Positions 23,709-35,869 of a stretch of DNA of 64,000 nt are shown one piece after another. Each line of letters opens with the position of its first letter. Position 1 is the stretch's first letter. Under the pieces are notes generated by a model, which made no database searches, was not told where the DNA came from, and was given only the letters and a program-made list of their open reading frames with translations. The stretch is from Octopus sinensis (taxonomy: Eukaryota): positions 63,798,001 through 63,862,000 of the forward strand of contig NC_043000.1 in NCBI RefSeq assembly GCF_006345805.1, read 5' to 3'. A program made the position numbers and the translations under genes.

Positions 23709-25865
23709 AATCATCATCATTGTCATCATTTAATGTCTGTTTTCCATACTGACGTGGGTTGGACTGTTTGACTGAGGTCTGGAGAGCCAGTGGTTGCACC
23801 AGGCTCCAATTTGATCTGTCAATGTTTCTACAGCTGGATGCCCTTCCTAACACCAACCACTCCAAGAATGTAGTGGGTGCTTTTTACATGCCACCGGAAC
23901 AGGAGCCAGTCAGGTGGGCCTAGCAACAATTATGTTCGGATGGTGCTTTTTACATGCCACCGGTACAGGAGCCTGTCAGTGGGTACTGGCATCAGTCACA
24001 ATCATTTGGTGATTTTTACGTGCCATTGGCACAGGAGCCAGTCAGGTGGACCTGGTATCAACCATGTTCAGATGGTGCTTTTTATGTGCCACCAGCATGG
24101 GAGCCAGTCTGGAGTACTGGCCCCAGCTACAACATTGGTTTTACTTGACTCAACAGGTCTTCTCAAGCATATCATATCGCCCAACGCATCAAGGATATTC
24201 ATAAGAGGGCCGGACATGTGTGCCTGTGATCTCACTTTAGTTGCCAGGTCTTCTCAATCACAGCATATCTCCAAAAGTCCCAGTCTGTTGTCATTGCCTC
24301 TGTGAGGCCCAATGTTTGAAGGTCATGCTTCACCACCTCATCCCATGTCTTCCTGAGTCTACATCTTCCACAGCTTCCTTCTACAGTTAGAGAGTGGCAC
24401 TTCTTCATACAGCTGTCTTCATTCTTATGCCCAACTTTTCTCTCAGGTCACTTATACACTGTCATGTATGCACACTGACAATACACATCCAGCGGATCAA
24501 ACTAGCTTCATTTCTTTCAAGCCTACACATGTCCTCAGCATTCATGGCCCATGTTTCACTGCCACGTAGCATGGCACTTCACACACATGCATCATACACT
24601 CTACCTTTCACCCTGAGCAAGAGGCCCTTAATTGCCAGCAGAGGTAGGAACTCACTGAACTTTGCCCAGGTTTTTCTTACTCTAGTCACTATACTCTCAG
24701 AGCAACCTTCCCCACTACAGACTTGGTCGCCTAGGTAGCAGAAGCTATGAACTGCTTCTAGTTTCTCCCACTGGCACGTGATGGAATCTTTCTGTACATC
24801 TTCACTGTTTATTGCCCCAGTGCATCTGCCACACACAAAAACTATTTTCTCGAGTACATCATATGGAGTTTCTACCCACACCTTTTCTACAGATCGAGCA
24901 GGGCCATCTACCTGAAGGGGGTTGTGATTTGACAGCCTTCCTACTTACTAAGACTTTGGTCTTTTACTAGGTTAACCATAAGGCCCTTCAATTCTAGACC
25001 TTGCTTCCACACCCTAAACTTCGTCTCCTGTTCTGGCAATGACTCAGCTATTAGAGTAAGGTCATCAACATAGAGAAGCTCCCAGGGCCAGCCTGTCTTG
25101 AATTCCTCTGTTATTGTCTGGAGGACTATAATGAACGAGAGGGGGCTAATCCTTGGTGAACCCCTACTTCTACTCGAAATTCTTCACTATACTGGTTACC
25201 AACCCTCACCTTACTGACAGCATCCCTGTACAGGGCTTGTACAGCTCTTACCACCCACTCGTCTATCCCCAGTTTCTACATTGACCAACAGATAAGGGAT
25301 TGGGGGACCCTGTCAAAGGCTTTCTCCAAGTCAACAAAAGCCAAGTACAAAGGTTTATCTTTGGCTAGGTATTTCTACTGCAGTTGCCTTACCAGAAATA
25401 TTGCATCAGTGACGCTTCTGCCTGGCACAAAACCAAACTGCATCCCATCTAGGCCCTCTCTGTAACTTTCATCACCTGATCCAATAATTTGATACTCCTG
25501 TAGTTATTTCTATCTAAAGCATCACCTTTTCCCTTGTAGCAGATTTTCCTTGTAGCCTTTTCTCTTGTAGAAGTCATACCCAATGACTACACCAGTCATT
25601 GGGTATGACTCCTTCATGAACTATCCAATTTACAATGCGGGTGACAAGACTATAACCCACACCACCCAATATTTTAAGCATCCCAGCGGTGATTCCTGAT
25701 GGGCCAGGTGCTTTCCCTGTCTTCATATCCTTAATTGTTTCATCTACCTGGGTACTGTCAATTCGGATAGCTAGTCCCTCTATTGGGTCAACCTTTGGCA
25801 AACTCTCTTCCCATTCATTCTCCACATCACTCAGTCTCCCTTTCTCTTCCTCTTTTCACTCCAAA
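23709..25865 (-). mobile_element. 5'-truncated RTE-clade LINE, degenerate
   Basis: RT fragments on the - strand (ORFs 25574-25825 KTGKAPGPSGI and 24579-24881 FCYLGDQV), diverged 3' UTR repeats at 23870-24120 and a (CAT)n tail at ~23710. Confidence 0.9.
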
Positions 25866-25968
25866 GAAGGGCTTTATTCAAAACATCAGTACTCTCACCC
25901 CTCACTCAACAGTGTACAAACTTATCAAAATTTACCAACTTTATTAAAAATTCTATGCAGACCACGCA

Positions 25969-26102
25969 CCCCCCTCTCTCTCTCTCATCTACACATAACT
26001 ACAGAACTTGTCTAACCAAATTACTACTTCTCATCAGATGTTATGTCCAATACAGCTTTTAAAAATAAACATAAGGAACTGATAACTATGATTTCTTACA
26101 TT
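25969..26102 (+). repeat. 134-bp segment duplicated at 31473-31606
   Basis: Direct comparison shows one substitution (AACTGATAAC vs AACTTATAAC). Confidence 0.9.
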
Positions 26103-26193
26103 TGGACTAGTTTTGATTATCTTTCTTTTTTTTAAAAAAGAATTTTGGCTGCTAAACTTACATCCTATGATATTTTGTTGTCAATCTTTGCAG

Positions 26194-26252
26194 TTTAAAA
26201 AAAGATATTGATGCAGAAACAGAAAGAATTACTGCAGATCAAGAAAGCGTGG
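26194..26252 (+). CDS. Coding exon 3 (SLKKDIDAETERITADQESV)
   Basis: Acceptor CTTTGCAG at 26193 and donor G|GTGAGT. Phase 2 in, phase 1 out. 59 bp, absent from the ORF track. Confidence 0.85.
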
Positions 26253-27699
26253 GTGAGTATGCAACATTGAACTGTAAGAACAATAAACATAGTCATAGCC
26301 AAAAGTTTGGAACATAGGTCTGAAAATTAGAATTTTTATATTAAATACTCCAAGTTATATTTAATTTGCAATATATTATTACTACTTACTGTAATATAGT
26401 GGGTGTCTATAAAAATTTTATTTTAGTTATGATTGATGCAGGTCACGTGACTTCCTGTAATTTTGCAAACTGTACATGGGCATAATAGATTTAATTTTTT
26501 TTTAAATGTTCCAAACTTTCGACCACTGTTTAATGAAATCATCATCACCATCATCAGTTTATATCTGTCTATAAATTTTATGTTGGGCAATATTTTGGGT
26601 GTTTTTTTATATTCTATGACCAAAATTACAAGAACTTAATAATTTGTAAACAAAGCAAAACATTAATCAGAAATGCAAAATATGTTACAGATATACTAAT
26701 GACCTATTATATTCTTATCACCTGTTCTCCCTTCTACTGAACTGCTATTGATATTTTTGAAAATCTCAGGCTTTGAATTGCCTGTTATCAACAATTCTTT
26801 GTGGTCAGTTAAAACTTTTATGACCTTTCAATTCCATTCAATGTTACAGTTCTAATAATCATGGAAATTATCGGGAAATAGGTATATGGTAAGGATGAAT
26901 TTAGAATTTATGCTCTGGAATGCATCTAGGGCAAGTAAAATAAATCTCTTCATTTAGGGGTTCTGGGGCACTGTAAACTACCATGGTTAAATTTTTTTTA
27001 ATGAAAACCCATCCTACTCAAGAAAATCCATGATCCACAGTAGAAGTGTTAAGGCCACCCCTCCTGATGAAGAGGATTGGCCTGCAAGTGTCCTGTGCCA
27101 GTGCCACGTAAAAAGCACTCGTGCCAGTGCTACATAGAAGTGCTCATTCCAGTGCCATGTTAAAAGCACACAGCACACACTGTAAAGTGGTTGGTATTAG
27201 GATGGGCATCCAGCTGTAGAAACCAGGCTGAAACAGATTGGAACCTAACGCAGCTTTCTAGCTTGCCAGCTCTGGTCAGACCGTCCAAAACGCATGCCAA
27301 CATGGAAAATGGACATTAAAGAATGATGATGATGACAACAACAATGATGATGATGATGATGACGATGACGACAACGACAACGACGACGATGCCATCATTG
27401 TGAGTCATTGAGTATGCTAATTATGTACACACATGTTTATATCAATAATGTGGATGTAGACATGGCTGAGTAGTTAAGAAGTCCACTGGGACACATCTTG
27501 GGCAAATACATTTATCATAGCCTCAGATTGACCCAATTCTTGTGGGTGAATTTAAGAAAACAGAAACTGTATGGAAGTCCATTGGATGGATTGTACCCAA
27601 AATTCAAAAGTTCAGCCTTGCTACACACCTGTATCACCCTAATTCCACCTGCGCTCTACAATCAAGATACATTCACTTTCCATGATAATTGAGTGAATA

Positions 27700-29720
27700 G
27701 ATTGTCCATTTGATCAGACAACTGGAGATCCGTGCATTTATATCAATGTGAGAGTTTGTCATATCAGTAATTTATAATTCTTTCCATTTTTAGCAAGGTA
27801 TGTTGCTAATAAAAACGTCAATACTTTAATAAGTGGATTGAGTCATTAAACCAATAGCCATTGTGCAGCAAATAACAATACGTTCTGTGCAAATAGCTTC
27901 ATGTTCAAGGTCTTAGTCCACTGCATGACAAACGAATGCATACAGTGAGTATACAATGTTCAATAAAGTTATCTGGGATGAAGAAAACGTTTTGAATAAC
28001 TTGCCATGTTCCATGATAACATTGAGTAAATAGAAGTAATTCAAGCTACAAGATTTACTTTCCACAGGCATTAGGTGTAGAATACCATAGTGAGCTACTG
28101 GTAAGAATTAGATATCAAATTCATGTGCCTGACTCTCTCTTCCGCTGTGGACCATGTTGCATCTTGAAGAAGTTACGAAAAGAGGGATCGTTTGAATGGG
28201 TGTGCAATCTTAAATAGGCGATGGGCTACTAGTGACCTCCTGCATGTCATTTTGGAGTAATTTCTTTATTGCCAATAATGGCATACAAAGATATAAAATA
28301 AAATAAAAGGGTGGAGTCAGGGACAAACAATGGACAGTCTTACAGGAGGAGGGGTCGTGGTGTGGGATAAAAACTATGATATAAATCATTATGAGTTAAA
28401 AATTGTGAATTAATAGATTGTATAGTTAAAAATAAAACATATATTCAGTTGTATAGAATTTCCCCCAGGTTCATTTTAACCCGCCAGTTTGAACCATTCG
28501 TTTTCCTTTTTTGGGCTGAGAAAAAGCGTTTTCCTCCTTCTTCCTTGTTTTAACCAGCTACACTAGCACAGCCCCATACATATGTAACTTTCTTACCACA
28601 TTTATCCATCTTTTCTCATATAGGCTATGAGACAGACACTTTCTCTCCAGTCAAGAGGTGGAAGTTGAACCAATCCCTGACCAGAGATAATCCCTTTTGC
28701 ACGTGTCCTCCATAATGTCTCTTTCAGTATAGCTACGATGCAGACAAAAGCTGCCTTCCTTTCCTTGTTAAAGGAGGGAGGTGGTACAATCTTGACAATG
28801 GACTCAGTTGAGAGCCGTACTCTTTCTCCATCCGACATAGGTTACCAACCCCTTCAACTACCAAAAGTGTACGAAGGCATGTGCCACAGTTTCACTGATG
28901 TGTCCGCACTTTGGACATGTTGGGTGGGGGTGTTATAACCGTGTCTGGAAACCTCTCTCGAACTGGTAAAGCCGAATGATAGCACAACTAAGCCAAGGAT
29001 TTCTGGAAATTATCCAGATACCTCGGCCCAAATGTCCTCTCGAACAGGCTGGTTAGTTGTTCGTCATCAAAGCCCAGAGTCTCCCCCAGGACATTGTCAG
29101 ACTTAAACTCTACTAACCCTCTATAGAAATCTGCAGTGGTAACCTCACTCCTGGTATTGCTCGCTCGGGAGAACATATTGAGTACTTGTCTACACTCTCT
29201 CTGCCATAATTTATGAGAGTATAGAACATTTTCTAAGCCAAGCATATTTCTTTATTGCAATCCAGTACTATGTCTGTGTTTGGCCTACATTTCTGCACAA
29301 TATTATATACAGTTAAACAAATTCACCCTGTTTTTGTTTCATAATTTTTCAGTGACATACAAACACTTCATTTTTAATTACTTTTTCATCAGCTGCTTTA
29401 TTAATTTTTCTTAAAGTTTCTGTAAATGGGTTTCACAGGTTTTGTGTTTAAAAATCTTTACTCCTAAGCTTTTTAACTGTTTTACCTTGTCACCATTTAT
29501 TCCTACACCTACAACATTAACATGGTACCATTCACAAGACATGGATTTTTGTGTTCATTCAAGTCCAGGGTGACCATTCTTGCATACAACACTACTAAGT
29601 TTTCTGTTTCTAACAATTAACCAGAGATATTTTTATATTCATCAATCTGGAAGATCGTGTTTTCAATATTTTTTGTAATATCATCTTTTATACATGCAGC
29701 ATCAAGTGAAACAAAACACA
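27700..29720 (-). mobile_element. Highly degenerate hAT-like transposase remnant interrupted by a Tx1 LINE (boundaries approximate)
   Basis: Minus-strand peptides KYLWLIVRNRKLSSVVCK (~29580-29632), KIFKHKTCETHL (~29425-29460), CLTVYNIVQKCRPNTD (~29270-29320) and HCMH (~27930) resemble, in order, the zinc-finger, RP.TD and CxxH motifs of hAT transposases. Recognised by eye only. Confidence 0.45.
28260..29245 (-). mobile_element. 5'-truncated Tx1/L1-clade LINE
   Basis: ORF2 C-terminal peptides DNFQKSLA*LCYHSALPVRE, zinc knuckle CPKCGHISETVAHAFVH and ESIVKIVPPP...KETLWRTR, then a 3' UTR ending GGCAATAAAGAAAT. 13-bp direct repeat ATTTCTTTATTGC at 28260-28272 and 29246-29258. Confidence 0.85.
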
Positions 29721-30639
29721 AATGAGATTATCATTTTGTAGTACTTTAACCCATCCTTACTGGTTGAATTTTTTCACTATTGCTTATATATATGTCAAAG
29801 TCTTTTAAAATATCTTATTATACTCATTTTCACAGCAATACTCTAATCTGAACCATATAAACACTGTATCTGATGAGCCATCAACATTCTGAACAAAGCC
29901 TTGTGTTTTTTAACATATGGATTTCTTTGAAAAGTTTTTCTGAGACTTTACAATTAGTCTTAATTGTAAAATAGTGAAGCCTGGAAAATATGTTTACATG
30001 TCATCTGGTAATGAGTCTGATGATATATAAGGTGATTAATTTGAGGATGGTGAAGTACCTACTATATTACAACATGCACCATTTCACATTGGTACACACA
30101 TTATAAATGTTATCACACCAGTATTTTAATCTGGTGCTCTTTCAAATGCATGCAGTAATTAAATTGATACTAGCAATGATATTTGTTTGATAAAATTGAT
30201 GGAATATTATTTTTTCCTACTTGCTCATTCATTAAAAAAACCACCTGCCATAAAACACTTTCATTAATGATTTGTATGAGAACAAAATTGATTTACACAA
30301 CCTATTTCATTTTGTTACTGTTTATTCTCATCTAACCTAGATATCTAATCTAAAGATGTGAACTCTTATTGAGAGAGACAAGGAAAGCACAGAATTATAT
30401 AATGTGCAGTCTATTTTAGGTTTACCATAGCAGTTTCTAGATATAAAAAAGGTCATGTAAAACCTAGGTTAAACACTAAGGTAATTTTTGAAGGGTTAGT
30501 GGTCATCTCACACCATAAGCTAAGTTAGCCACATTATTTACATAATACAAACTACAAAGGGATTTTAAATGTTCATTCTGTAAATTTGTTGTTCTTGTAC
30601 AACCAAATCTATACTGAGGAAAACAGATCCTTATAAGTA

Positions 30640-31030
30640 GTAGATAGCTTCCAATACCTAGGCAACCAAGTTAGCAGTGGAGGAGGATGCTCTGAGAACA
30701 GTTGTTAGAATAAGAATGGGCTGGGCAAAGTTCAGAGAGCTACTACATTTCTTGGTAAGAAAGGGCCTCTCCCTCTGAGTGAATGGCAGATTGTATGACA
30801 CCTATGTACAAACAGCCATATTATATGGCAGTAAAACCTGTGACTGCATAAGACATGTGTAGGCTTGAAAGAAATGAAGCCAGCATGCTCCACTGGATGT
30901 GCAATGTCAGTATCAATGTATGACAGAGTGTAAGTGTTTTAAGAGGAAAAATTGGACATAAAAGGCACCAGATATATGAGTAGTGTGCAAGAGAAAAGAC
31001 TGCACTGGTATGATCATATGATGTGTATGT
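30640..31030 (+). mobile_element. Degenerate RTE RT fragment
   Basis: Nucleotide similarity to 10530-10930 (GGCAAAGTTCAGAGAGCT, GAAAGAAATGAAGCCAGCATG). Confidence 0.75.
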
Positions 31031-31472
31031 ATAAGTACAGTTGTATCATATAAATGTTTGACAGGTTTTTGCCCCAGTTTGAACCAGTCTGGTTTTGGGG
31101 GTGAGGGGAGTATCTATTAGGAGAATTTCATAAACAAAAACCAGATTTTCAAACTCAGTGATGATATGAAAGAAAATAACTCATGATACTCCACATCAAA
31201 TTCAATGACTGACATCAATAAAACTAACAAATCATAGCTGTTGATTGCAAATCAACCTAGCTGAGCTACACAAAAACAGAAATTTTAGAGAGCAGGATGG
31301 ACAGTAGAACAGAGAACAGAACACTGTTATATGTTCATGTTAAACTCTATTCAATATCAGCTGGTGTCAACTATCTGATCCACCAAATATGAAGAGTCAG
31401 CTATGTGAGCCATCTAATTCCTCCTAATTTTAGAACTTCACTGTGGCAACTGACACATTCATGTGCACGCCC

Positions 31473-31606
31473 CCCCCCTCTCTCTCTCTCATCTACACAT
31501 AACTACAGAACTTGTCTAACCAAATTACTACTTCTCATCAGATGTTATGTCCAATACAGCTTTTAAAAATAAACATAAGGAACTTATAACTATGATTTCT
31601 TACATT
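31473..31606 (+). repeat. Second copy of the 134-bp segment at 25969-26102
   Basis: Direct comparison. Confidence 0.9.
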
Positions 31607-32094
31607 CATTCATGTAACTTTTCATTCATCCCATTATTAATATGATAACACATTTATTCATGTTTTAAATTGATGAACACTTCATATTCATTCATAGGTT
31701 AAATTGGTGACCCCTGCTGTAATACAAACACATTGGTGATTACCATTCATATTCAACTATTATGTTAAATTTGCAACCCCAGCATAATAGTAGTAGGAAT
31801 GTGAAGTGTGTTTGGACTATGTTAGGTCACCAGTTTAAGATTTCAATGAAAATGGAGCATTCACCTATTTAGCACTTGAGTAGATGTGTGTGTGTTTACC
31901 ACATTAATAATGATGTGAATGAATAAAAGAAGTCATTGTTATTGATTCATTATTATTATTATTAAAAGATGTATTGGATACGACCATCCAGTGAGGAACT
32001 ACAGTCGCACAAGAAAATATTCTTTTCATGCAATGGTTTGGTTGGACAGGTTTTGTAGTTATGTGTAGATTATATATATATATATATTGTGATA

Positions 32095-32360
32095 CCCATA
32101 AAAAGCACCCGCTACACTCACGGAGTGGTTGGTGTTAGGAAGGGCATCCAGCTGTAGAAACACTGCCAGATCAGACTGGAGCCCGCAGCCTCCTGGCTTC
32201 CCAGACCCCGGTCAAACTGTCCAACCCATGCTATCATGGAAAACGGACGTTAAACGATGATGGTGATGATGATGATGATGATATTTATATATATATCATC
32301 ATCATCATCATCATCATCATTTAGCGTCCGCTTTCCATGATAGCATAGGTTGGACAGTTT
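32095..32360. mobile_element. RTE-type 3' tail plus an inverted second tail (palindrome 32214-32360)
   Basis: 41-bp arms 32214-32254 and 32320-32360 match 38/41 and enclose (GAT)n-(TA)n-(CAT)n. Confidence 0.8.
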
Positions 32361-33103
32361 CTACTATAGGCACAATGTTTGACATTTTTTTAAAGGAAGG
32401 TGCCAGGTGATGACATTGACTCCAGTGCTGAGTTGATAATTATTTTATCAACTCTAAAAGGATGAAGTTAGAGTTGATCTCAATGGAATTTGAACTCAGA
32501 ATGTAAAACCAGAAGAAATGCTACGAAGCTAACAATGCTAACAATACCTTCAACTTATAGGCACAAGACCTGAAATTCTGAAAGATGGAGCTAGTTGATT
32601 ACACCGCCCTTAGTATTCAACTAGCACCTATTTTATTAACCCTAAAAGGATAAAAGACAAAGTAGACTTTGGGAAATTTGAATTCTGAATGTAAATCTTG
32701 AATAAATGTCAGTAACCATTTTGTCCTGTGTGCATACAATTCTGCCAGATCATACCTTACCAATATCAGAAATATAATGGCATTGTGCATGGATCGAGTT
32801 CCTAACTGGGTTTTGGTTCTTCACATAACATTGATTTGGGAGAGCAAAAGAGTATTAGGACTTAGCCATAACAATACTGGGGAAAAATTATTGATGCAAT
32901 CAATTTCAGCAACCCTTTCCATCTACATGTATCCTCCTGCTCTGCTTAGTCCATTCTGTCCTTCTATGACATGTAACCTTATCAATTTCATTTTCTTACT
33001 ATTCATTCTAATATAACCTAGATATTTAACCTTAATGTAAAAATACAATTTTTTTTATTGAGGGAGATAGCAGAAAAGCATTCAGTTAGACTGGGTAATA
33101 ATA

Positions 33104-33968
33104 TGAGGTCTGGACAATAAGTATGCAGACTGGTGCTATAAAAGCAAAACTACAACATGTGCCAATATGACATTGAATCTCCTTCAAAGTAGTCCCCTTC
33201 AGAAACCACACACTTAATCCAGCACTGTTTCCATTGATGGAAGCATTCCTGGAACTCGTTTTCTGGGATAATCAGCAGCTGCCTCATCAAATTCACTTTG
33301 ATTTCTTCGACATCCTGAAATCTTCGTGTCGAGCAGGATTTGATTTTTGGAAGGAGGAAAAAATTACAAGAGGTAAGATCTGGGGAATACGGTGGCTGTT
33401 GGACCTGAGGAATGCTGTGTTGAGCCAAAAACTGCTGCACAAGTTGCACTAAATGGGTAGCTGCGTTGTCAGCTGAAAGCAGTTTTGGCAGACACGTGTC
33501 TCATACCCAAATCTTCAGTGATAATGGACTGAACCTTAACTAATCTGCACATCCTCTGATGACTCGTGGATGGTGATTTAATTTTTTCCCCTCACTGCTA
33601 CACAAACATCTACGATATTTTTCTCAGTTCTGCTGGTGGCAGGTCTTCCAGAATGTTCATCACTATCGACATTTTTTTTGGCTCATCCACTCCTCTCCAT
33701 ACGCTTTCTGTAACTTTGTGTTGGCCTCTGGGCAAGTATCGCCAAGGTTTTGGCAAAATTTGATGCCGATTCATGATCAATGCAATGATCACATGCTACA
33801 CACGTTCCTTCCAAGCACTGCTGTAAACTGCAGAAGTGAGCTAGAACATTAAAACTTGGTGTGCATACATTGCAAAGTTCAAGGTCAGTCTGTGTCAAGC
33901 AGCTTCACTCTGCATGCTTTACCTTTGTTACAAGGGCAACAATTCAGATACTTATTGATCAGACCACA
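33104..33968 (-). mobile_element. Internally deleted mariner
   Basis: TA on both sides, TIRs TGAGGTCTGGACAATAAGTAT and ATACTTATTGATCAGACCACA. ORF 33150-33449 contains QPPYSPDLTSCNFFLLPKIK and CVVSEGDYFE. Confidence 0.88.
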
Positions 33969-34029
33969 TATAGTTTATGTTAACATATATAGTTAATAAT
34001 TTATAACTGACATTAATCTAGGAAATATA

Positions 34030-34245
34030 AGACAGTGAGCTGGCTGAATCATTAGCACTCTGGACAAAACGTTTAGTGGCATTCCTTCCAGCTTTATGTC
34101 CTGAGTTCAAATCCTACTGAGGTCAACTTTGTCTTTCATCCTATTGAGGTTGATAAAATAAGTACCAGCCAAGTACTTGGGCCAATGTAATCAATTTGTC
34201 CCCTCCCTTCAAAACTTCTGGCTTTGTACCAAAATTAGAAAGATT
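34030..34245 (+). mobile_element. SINE family A copy
   Basis: GTGAGCTGGC head, GAGTTCAAAT box, core CTTTCATCCTATTGAGGTTGATAAAATAAGTACCAG. Confidence 0.75.
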
Positions 34246-35672
34246 AACCTAAGAAACTACCATAAATATAAAAATCCACAAAGTCACTGATCCTATATAA
34301 TTTATCAATATTCCTCACAGTCGACTTCATTACCTCACATTTGATTTAAAACAGAAATAAATAAATACATGAAATATATAACTTTTTCACCAACTTCTTT
34401 CCCATGATAATTTGTAATTTTAAAGCTTTCTTTTTTTATGCTTTTATTTTGCTTTATGATAGTTGTGTATTGATTTCCAATTTGTGAAACATTTTTGATC
34501 TTTCCTCATGAGAAGAATGATTTTTACATAGGTTAGTAGGGCATTTATTGTTACATGAAGCAATGAATTTCCATGCAATGAATAGTTTAAAAATTCCAGC
34601 TATAGCTAAAATCGAACACATAACACTATGTTGAGGGCAAAACTGTCTCTTAATTAAACAAACATAAAAATGACACCTAGATTTGTATTTTAAAAGTTGA
34701 GTTTCATTCTCTGATTAATCTTCAAAATATCAATGTTATTGTGGTTGTAATTTTCTTTTTTGACTATCAACAAATGAAACATGTTCAGTTATTTAATGAA
34801 GCATCATCATCATTACAATCCTTTTACAACTACTTACTGGTGCCATGTTAAAAGCACTGGTGCTGGTACTACATATAAAGCACCCAGTACACTTTAGAGT
34901 GGTTGGTATTACGAAGAGCATCCAGCCATAGAAACCATGCTATAACAGACAATTGAGCCTGGTGCAGCCCCCAGCTTTACTAACTCTGGTCAAACCACCC
35001 AATCCATGCCAGCATGGAAAACAGACATTAAATGATGGTAATGGTGATGATTTTCCTTGTTTGCATGAGTCAGATGGAGTTTATTGAAGCAGATTTTTCC
35101 ATAGTTAAATGCTCTTCCAAGTAAATTAATATTTGCCTGTGGCTAGACATATTTTCATGGAAGACTGGAAATGAATGGTACTCCCTGTTTGAAAGTGACA
35201 CTCATTTACAACATTACATGATGTCGCCATAAGGAGACGCAAACATACACACATATAAATACAATGGATTTCCTTCAGTTTCTCTCTACCAAATCCACTC
35301 ACAAGGTTTTGGTCAGCCTGGAGTTATACAGGGTGTTCAGAAAAAATTTGATACTTTGTTATTGTTTAGTCCCAGGTGAGCTCTCATGAAACAGACCTTT
35401 GATCAAAGCATTTCAGCCATGACTTTCTAATCATATTCCCAGACATATATCCAGGAATGCATTATCCAATATATCATTTCATTTTTAAGACATTAAAGTG
35501 TGACTTGAGAGGAGTTTGACTGTTATTTCTAGAGATTGAGCAATAACTGACAGGCTCCCCTCATCAGCATGTTGTACTCTTATTTTTTGCTGTTAGTTTC
35601 TCTGAGAAAATTTTTTCATATTTCAACAGGTAAATTATTTTCTTGAGGAATTATATTTATTTATTTTTCCAG

Positions 35673-35869
35673 TCAGCCTTTATGATGATAGTGCTGAAGA
35701 TGTGCCAGAAATTAAACCAAAATTAGAATTTTATGATGATGTGGAAACACTAAGAATTGCTATTCTTGAGAAATTGGATGAGCTACAGACCAAGAAAACT
35801 GACATGTGTAATAACTATATTCCTATTTCAGTCTGTTTACAGCTGGAACAATGTATAAAAGACACAGAC
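35673..35869 (+). CDS. Coding exon 4 (VSLYDDSAEDVPEIKP...CIKDTD)
   Basis: Acceptor TTTTTCCAG at 35672 and donor GAC|GTAAGC. Phase 1 in, phase 0 out. Confidence 0.88.

Noticed and set aside
26442-26457. Perfect GTCACGTGAC palindrome (CLEAR/E-box) with overlapping ACTTCCTG
   Set aside because: Single motif deep in an intron, in what looks like DNA-transposon debris, with no other promoter evidence.
35329-35372. TACAGGGTGTTC Tc1-like terminus
   Set aside because: No matching second end found nearby.
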